DNA of 64,000 nt from the NCBI GenBank assembly GCA_046593035.1, contig JBKJSC010000201.1, positions 2,273 to 66,272 of the forward strand, in the 5' to 3' direction. Of the stretch, positions 58,578 to 64,000 are shown piece by piece. This stretch comes from Limisphaerales bacterium. Its GTDB lineage: Bacteria > Verrucomicrobiota > Verrucomicrobiia > Limisphaerales > JAYTXL01. A program made the position numbers and the translations under genes. The stretch's first letter is position 1; every line of letters begins with the position of its first letter. The notes below the pieces were generated by a model. That model did no database searches. It saw only the letters and a program-made list of their open reading frames with translations, and was not told the DNA's origin.

Positions 58578-59075
58578 TCACGCATCGGCTGGCTTGGCCT
58601 TCGCCCGTTGTTCCGCAAAAAAGGATTTCAACAGCGCGCGGCATTCCTCTTCCCGGATGCCCCCCAAGATTTCGCAGCGATGGTTCAAGCCGGGGAACTG
58701 CAAGAGATTCAACGCCCCGCCCGCCGCGCCACCCTTCGGATCGCTGACACCGAAAACCACCCGTGCCACCCGCACATGCACCAGTGCGCCAGCACACATG
58801 GGACAAGGTTCCTTCGTTACGTAGAGCGTGCAATCCGTCAGCCGCCAGTCGCCCATGGCCTCCTCGGCCTGCGTCACGGCCAGCATTTCGGCGTGCGCGG
58901 TGGCATCTTTCAAGGTCTCCACTTGGTTGAAGGCGCGGGCGATGATGCGACCTTCGCGCACGACCACCGCCCCGACGGGCACTTCCTCGGCCTCGTACGC
59001 GCGCACTGCCTGACGCAAGGCTTCGCCCATGAAATACTGGTCGCTATATAAATCGATGATCGGTTCGTCAGACAT
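58578..59075 (-). CDS. tadA: tRNA adenosine(34) deaminase
   Basis: EVPVGAV, ATAHAEM, EPCPMCAGA and DPKGGA. Confidence 0.93.
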   Translation of the reverse strand: MSDEPIIDLYSDQYFMGEALRQAVRAYEAEEVPVGAVVVREGRIIARAFNQVETLKDATAHAEMLAVTQAEEAMGDWRLTDCTLYVTKEPCPMCAGALVHVRVARVVFGVSDPKGGAAGGALNLLQFPGLNHRCEILGGIREEECRALLKSFFAEQRAKAKPADA

Positions 59076-59586
59076 GATTTCCTATTCGTGGCGGGGAGCC
59101 GGTCTCCTCCATTGTCCATTCATTTCGCCTGTCGGGAAAACAATGGCAATGCGCCGCGAAAAATCCACCACGATAACGCCAGAACAACGGCCAGACTTGC
59201 TCGCGGTCAGTCTGCGGCAGGGACAGTGTCGCCAGCACTGCTCTCGGAAAAAACTGGAACGAACCTTCGCTGATCGGCGGCGGCCGTGTGGTGAGTTTCG
59301 GTTTGATCTCGAATAAAAACATCAACCAATGCGCCTGTCCTTCGTAACCGTGTTCGCTGATAATGCCGTTGAGATGCAAGTCGGACGGCTGAAGCACGAG
59401 GCCGATTTCCTCGTGCGCCTCACGGATGGCGCAGGCGTACGGCGATTCGCCCAGTTCCGTTTTCAACTTGCCGCCGCACGGACTCCACAGGCCGCGGTTC
59501 GGCTCTTGCGCCCGGTGCAACAGCAGCACTTCATCCGCCGCGTTGAAAGCGTAGAGCAGCGTCGCGATTTTATAGGGCAGCGCCAT
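59068..59586 (-). CDS. NUDIX hydrolase
   Basis: Nudix box GGKLKTELGESPYACAIREAHEEIG. Confidence 0.9.
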   Translation of the reverse strand: MALPYKIATLLYAFNAADEVLLLHRAQEPNRGLWSPCGGKLKTELGESPYACAIREAHEEIGLVLQPSDLHLNGIISEHGYEGQAHWLMFLFEIKPKLTTRPPPISEGSFQFFPRAVLATLSLPQTDREQVWPLFWRYRGGFFAAHCHCFPDRRNEWTMEETGSPPRIGNHV

Positions 59587-59698
59587 CACCGGGAGTGAAA
59601 CAGGGAACTGCGTTCGGGGCAAGCAGCGGGTCGTAGAAGGAGCGGGCGGCTAAATTTCCGCTTGCTTCTCGGCGTCCAAGACGGAGAAATCTCTTGTT

Positions 59699-60778
59699 AT
59701 GAAACAACGCCTTCTCTTCCTGCTCACGCTCGGCTGCTCGCTCGCGCTGTCCGCCGCCGAGCCGGCCAAGAAACCGACCATCGTCCTCATCAGCGGCGAG
59801 TTTGAATACAAATCGTCGGAGTCGCTGCCCGCCTTCAAAAAATTCCTCGAGGCAAAATACCCGGTTAACTGCATTTACCTCGAACGCAAAGGCGGCACCA
59901 ACGCCAACGACATCCCCGGTCTCGAAGCCTTGGAGCACGCCGACCTCGCGGTCATTTTCATCCGGCGCATGACGCTGCCGGAGGAGCAGCTCAACCGATT
60001 CAAAAAATATCTTAATGCCGGCAAACCCATCGTCGGCATTCGCACCGCCAGTCACGCATTTGAAAACTGGAAGGAATGGGATCGTGACGTTCTCGGCGGC
60101 AACTATCACATGCACTACGGCCAGGAATTGCTCCCGGTGATCCGCGCCGCGCCTGATGCCGCGCGCCATCCGATTCTCCACGGGCTACCGACAGAGTTCG
60201 TGGCCAACGGTGGACTTTACAAGAACGCTCCGCTGCCGAAGGACTCCACGCCGTTGTTGCTCGGCACGATTCCCGACCAGCCCGTCGAACCGGTCGCGTG
60301 GACGCACAGCTACAAGGGCGCGCGCATTTTTTACACCTCGCTCGGCCATCCGAAGGATTTTGAAACCGAGCCGTTCAAACAACTCGTCGTGAACGCGATT
60401 TACTGGGCGCTCAACCAACCGGTTCCGGTCGCGGTTCCGGCGGCCTCCACGAAGGCGGCCGTCAACAAGCGCATCGGCGTGGAGGAATTTGAAAAGCTGT
60501 GGCGGGACAAAAAGAACATGGTGCTCGACGTGCGCACAGCGGGCGAATTCGCGGACGGACACATTCCGGGCGCGATCAACATCGATGTGAACTCGTCCGA
60601 CTTTGCGAAAAAAGTGGCCTCCTTGGACAAGAGCAAAACGTATCTCGTGCATTGCGCCGCCGGCGTGCGCAGCGCCAAAGCCGGCAGCCAGCTTGCGCCG
60701 CTGGGTTTCACTTCACTCTACGATCTCGCGCCCGGCTTCAAGGGCTGGGAAAAAGCGGGCAAGCCGACGGAGAAATAA
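59699..60778 (+). CDS. ThuA-like domain fused to a rhodanese domain
   Basis: GIRTASHAF and RIFYTSLGH; DVRTAGEFADGHIPGA and CAAGVRS. Confidence 0.85.
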   Translation: MKQRLLFLLTLGCSLALSAAEPAKKPTIVLISGEFEYKSSESLPAFKKFLEAKYPVNCIYLERKGGTNANDIPGLEALEHADLAVIFIRRMTLPEEQLNRFKKYLNAGKPIVGIRTASHAFENWKEWDRDVLGGNYHMHYGQELLPVIRAAPDAARHPILHGLPTEFVANGGLYKNAPLPKDSTPLLLGTIPDQPVEPVAWTHSYKGARIFYTSLGHPKDFETEPFKQLVVNAIYWALNQPVPVAVPAASTKAAVNKRIGVEEFEKLWRDKKNMVLDVRTAGEFADGHIPGAINIDVNSSDFAKKVASLDKSKTYLVHCAAGVRSAKAGSQLAPLGFTSLYDLAPGFKGWEKAGKPTEK

Positions 60779-60795
60779 AATGAAGCCAGCCGCCC

Positions 60796-61716
60796 TTAAA
60801 TCTGAAAGTCGCCCTTGCCCTTTTCGCGGTCGCGTTTGCTTAACACCTTCACGTTGACTTCCTCACTTAACACCAGCGAGTGCGGCGGGACGCTGCTGGT
60901 CAAAAAGACATTCGCCCCGATCGTGCTGCCCGCGCCCACCACCGTGTCGCCGCCCATGATGGTGGCGTTGGCGTAAATCGTCACATGATCCTCGATGGTC
61001 GGATGCCGTTTCTGCCCGCGCAACTGCTGGCCACCCGACAGCGAACGCGCCACCAGGCCGACGCCTTGATACATCTTGACGTGATGGCCGATGATGCACG
61101 TCTCCCCCACGACCGTGCCGGTGCAATGATCGACAAAAAAGTGCGAACCGATTTGCGCGCCCGGATGCAAGTCCATCCCGGTGCGGCCGTGCGCCCATTC
61201 GGTCATGATGCGCGGGATGAGCGCGATCTGTTTGCGGTAAAGCTCGTGCGCGAGCCGTTGCACGGCGATGGCCTCGACGAACGGATAGGCGACGATGACT
61301 TCATCCCGGCTCAACGCCGCCGGGTCGCCATTGAAGGCCGCTTCGGTGTCGGTCTGCAATAATTCACGGACGGGCGGCAGGCTGCCGAGAAACTCCATGG
61401 TCACGGTGTGCGCGGTTGCACGCAGATGTTTCTTGGAGATGCCGTCGGGCGGGCGGTATTCGAGACTTTTGTAAATTTCATCCTCCAGTCGTCCCTGCAC
61501 GGAGTCCATGAGCGTGGCGGTTTCCACCTTCAACTCGGACGAGTGGATGGGCTTCACGTCGAAAAATCCAGGGAACAGCAGCCGCAGTAAATCAATCGTG
61601 ATCTGCGTGGTGGAACTCTTGGAGGGCAGATTGCGGCCATCCAGATGATTGATGCCACCGACGCGCGCGTAGGAAGCGATGAGCTGGTCGGTGAGCTGCG
61701 TAACCGTGACGTTCAC
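60796..61716 (-). CDS. cysE: Serine O-acetyltransferase (EpsC/CysE type)
   Basis: GDPAA, DLHPGAQIG, FVDHCTG and KRHPTIED; start inferred. Confidence 0.9.
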   Translation of the reverse strand: MNVTVTQLTDQLIASYARVGGINHLDGRNLPSKSSTTQITIDLLRLLFPGFFDVKPIHSSELKVETATLMDSVQGRLEDEIYKSLEYRPPDGISKKHLRATAHTVTMEFLGSLPPVRELLQTDTEAAFNGDPAALSRDEVIVAYPFVEAIAVQRLAHELYRKQIALIPRIMTEWAHGRTGMDLHPGAQIGSHFFVDHCTGTVVGETCIIGHHVKMYQGVGLVARSLSGGQQLRGQKRHPTIEDHVTIYANATIMGGDTVVGAGSTIGANVFLTSSVPPHSLVLSEEVNVKVLSKRDREKGKGDFQI

Positions 61717-61752
61717 GCGGGCAGTATTCAACACGCGGCGGAGAAAGGCAAG

Positions 61753-63999
61753 CTAGGCGCGCAGCCGCACCAACAGATCCTTGCTCTGGACGGTGTCGCC
61801 CACCTGCGCCGGGAGTTCCACCACCACGCCGTCGCCAGGCGCGTAAATCGTGGTCTGCATTTTCATCGCCTCGAGCGTCACGAGCTTGTCGCCCTTTGCC
61901 ACTTTCGCGCCGACACCCACAGCGAGCGCGGTGATGATGCCAGGGATGGGCGCGCCAACCTGCAACGGATCGGCGAGGTCGGCCTTCGCGCGACTGCGCA
62001 CCGTCGTCTGGATCGATTTGTCGAGGATGGCCGCTTCGCGCGTCATGCCGTTGAGTTCGAACGTCACCGAGCGCCGGCCGTCTTTGTCAGGCGTGCCGAC
62101 GTTGATTAATTTGATGAACAGGGTTTTTCCCTCCTCAATGTTCACGGAAATTTCCTCGCCGGTTTTCAATCCGTAAAAGAACGCGGGCGTGGGTAGGGCG
62201 GTGACGCCGCCAAAGTTGCGCTCAAACTTGGCGAACTCGGCATGCACTTCCGGATACATCAAGTGGCTGAACAAATCGTCGTCGCTGGGATCGCGCTTCA
62301 ATTTGGCGGCCAGCTCCTCCTTGGTTTTCTTCAAATTCAGCGGCGGCAAACCGGCACCGGGACGCCCGCGCAGGGGTTTCCGGTCGCCGAGCACCACCCG
62401 CTGCACCGCTTTGGGCCAGCCGCCCACGGGCTGGCCAAGGCCGCCGGCAAGCATGTCGATGACTGATTCAGGAAACGGCGTGGCGCCGGGTTCGAGATTG
62501 ACCACGTCCGCCGGTTTGATGCCGCGCGTGATGAGAAACATGGTCATGTCGCCAACGACTTTGCTGCTCGGCGTGACCTTGACGATGTCGCCAAAGAGCT
62601 GGTTCACCTCGGCATACGTGCGGGCGATTTCCGGCCAGCGGCCGCCCAAACCCATGCTAGCAGCCTGTTCTTTGAGGTTCGTGTACTGGCCGCCGGGCAT
62701 CTCGTGCAGATACACATCCGCGCTCCCGCTGCGCGGCGCGGTGTCGAACGGCGCGTAAAACGTGCGCACCTGTTCCCAGTAACTGGAAAATTCGTTGAGC
62801 GCTTCCAAATCCAGCCCGGTGTCGCGCGGCGTGTGTTGCAACGCGGCGACGAGCGAATTCAAATTCGGCTGGCTCGTCGAACCCGACATCGCGGCGAGCG
62901 CGAGATCGACGACGTCCACGCCCGCATCGCTGGCGCGCAAAATGGACGAGGCATTGATGCCGCTGGAATCGTGCGTGTGAAAATGCACGGGAATCCCAAT
63001 CGCCTCCTTCAACGCCTTCACGAGCTTGAACGCCGCGTAGGGCCGGCACAGCCCGGCCATGTCCTTGATGGCGAGAAAATGTGCGCCCATGCGTTCCAGT
63101 TCCTTCGCCAGCTTCACATAATACTTTAACGAATATTTGTCGCGCTTCGGATCGAGGATGTCGCCGGTGTAGCAGATCGCGGCTTCGCACACGGCGTGCG
63201 TTTCCTGTACTGCTTCTATCGCCACCTTGAGATTGGGCGTGTAGTTGAGCGAATCGAAGACGCGGAAAATGTCCATGCCGGACGCGGCGGCGTGTTTCAC
63301 AAAACCAGCGACGACGTTGTCAGGGTAATTCGAATAGCCGACCGCGTTCGAGCCGCGGAACAGCATTTGAAAACAAATGTTCGGAATCCGTTCGCGTAGC
63401 AGACGCAAGCGATGCCAAGGATCCTCGTGCAGAAAACGCATGGCGGTATCGAACGTCGCGCCGCCCCACATTTCGAGACTGAACAATTGCGGTATGCGGC
63501 GCGCCACGGCATCGGCTGTAGCAAGCATGTCGTAGGTGCGTACGCGCGTGGCGAGCAGGGATTGATGGGCGTCGCGAAAAGTCGTGTCGGTGATGAGCAA
63601 CTGCTTTTGCTTGAGCGTCCACTCCGCGAATTTCTTGGGGCCAAGCTCCAGTAACAACTGCCGCGTCCCGGCCGGCGGCACCTGCTTGTGGTCATACGCC
63701 GGCGGCAGCGCGGCGGGCAGCGGCCCCTTCGGCGCGTGGCCTTTGGCCTGCGGATTGCCGTTGATGACGACGTCGCCGAGGAAGGCGAGCAGCTTGGACG
63801 CGCGGTCGCGGCGCGGTTTGTAGGCAAACAGCTCGGGCGTGGTGTCGATCAACGTCGTTGCCGCCTGGCCTGATCGGAAAGTTTCGTTGGCGATGAGATT
63901 TTCGAGGAACGGAATGTTCGTCTTCACGCCGCGGATGCGGAATTCGCGCAGCGCACGATCCATGCGCAGCAACGCCTGCCGAAAGGTCCGGTCCGACGC
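61753..63999 (-). CDS. pyc: Pyruvate carboxylase, 3' part (5' end outside the window)
   Basis: RIRGVKTNIPFL, RDAHQSLLATR, WGGATFD, IKDMAG, HEMPGGQYTNL, VTPSSKVVGD and the EAMKM biotin site. Confidence 0.97.
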   Translation of the reverse strand, partial: ASDRTFRQALLRMDRALREFRIRGVKTNIPFLENLIANETFRSGQAATTLIDTTPELFAYKPRRDRASKLLAFLGDVVINGNPQAKGHAPKGPLPAALPPAYDHKQVPPAGTRQLLLELGPKKFAEWTLKQKQLLITDTTFRDAHQSLLATRVRTYDMLATADAVARRIPQLFSLEMWGGATFDTAMRFLHEDPWHRLRLLRERIPNICFQMLFRGSNAVGYSNYPDNVVAGFVKHAAASGMDIFRVFDSLNYTPNLKVAIEAVQETHAVCEAAICYTGDILDPKRDKYSLKYYVKLAKELERMGAHFLAIKDMAGLCRPYAAFKLVKALKEAIGIPVHFHTHDSSGINASSILRASDAGVDVVDLALAAMSGSTSQPNLNSLVAALQHTPRDTGLDLEALNEFSSYWEQVRTFYAPFDTAPRSGSADVYLHEMPGGQYTNLKEQAASMGLGGRWPEIARTYAEVNQLFGDIVKVTPSSKVVGDMTMFLITRGIKPADVVNLEPGATPFPESVIDMLAGGLGQPVGGWPKAVQRVVLGDRKPLRGRPGAGLPPLNLKKTKEELAAKLKRDPSDDDLFSHLMYPEVHAEFAKFERNFGGVTALPTPAFFYGLKTGEEISVNIEEGKTLFIKLINVGTPDKDGRRSVTFELNGMTREAAILDKSIQTTVRSRAKADLADPLQVGAPIPGIITALAVGVGAKVAKGDKLVTLEAMKMQTTIYAPGDGVVVELPAQVGDTVQSKDLLVRLRA

Positions 64000-64000
64000 C

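Noticed and set aside
1-64000. tRNA, rRNA, prophage or known defence system
   Set aside because: No such sequence or gene motifs were recognised by eye; a covariance-model and HMM scan would be needed to exclude small RNAs.

Overview
GC-rich bacterial chromosome segment, most likely Verrucomicrobiota/PVC superphylum. This is inferred from two DUF1501 + DUF1549/DUF1553 pairs, PVC-type heme proteins and DUF3500. The window carries about 45 genes. Housekeeping genes are ileS, trpS, recF, metF, kdsD, lepB, rsmD, rlmD-like, tadA, cysE, shc and a partial pyc. It also has a CusBA-type metal efflux pair, an ECF sigma operon, an M16 peptidase pair and a DUF2723-TPR/GT4/WecA operon. I saw no rRNA, tRNA, CRISPR array, integrase, transposase or reverse transcriptase. 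Four unusual signals stand out. (1) At least six families of short palindromic elements occur; three copies sit in frame inside cusA, ileS and shc, and three have an end coinciding with a stop codon. (2) ileS is a mosaic with AT-richer patches. (3) A 33.5-35.3 kb locus holds a 337-bp tandem gene duplication with almost identical ends but a 28-codon core that differs at 20 residues, next to a DARPin-like ankyrin gene and a truncated paralogue of it. (4) A 96-bp IS3-like miniature element has perfect 28-bp inverted repeats. All family assignments come from motif recognition, not database searches.
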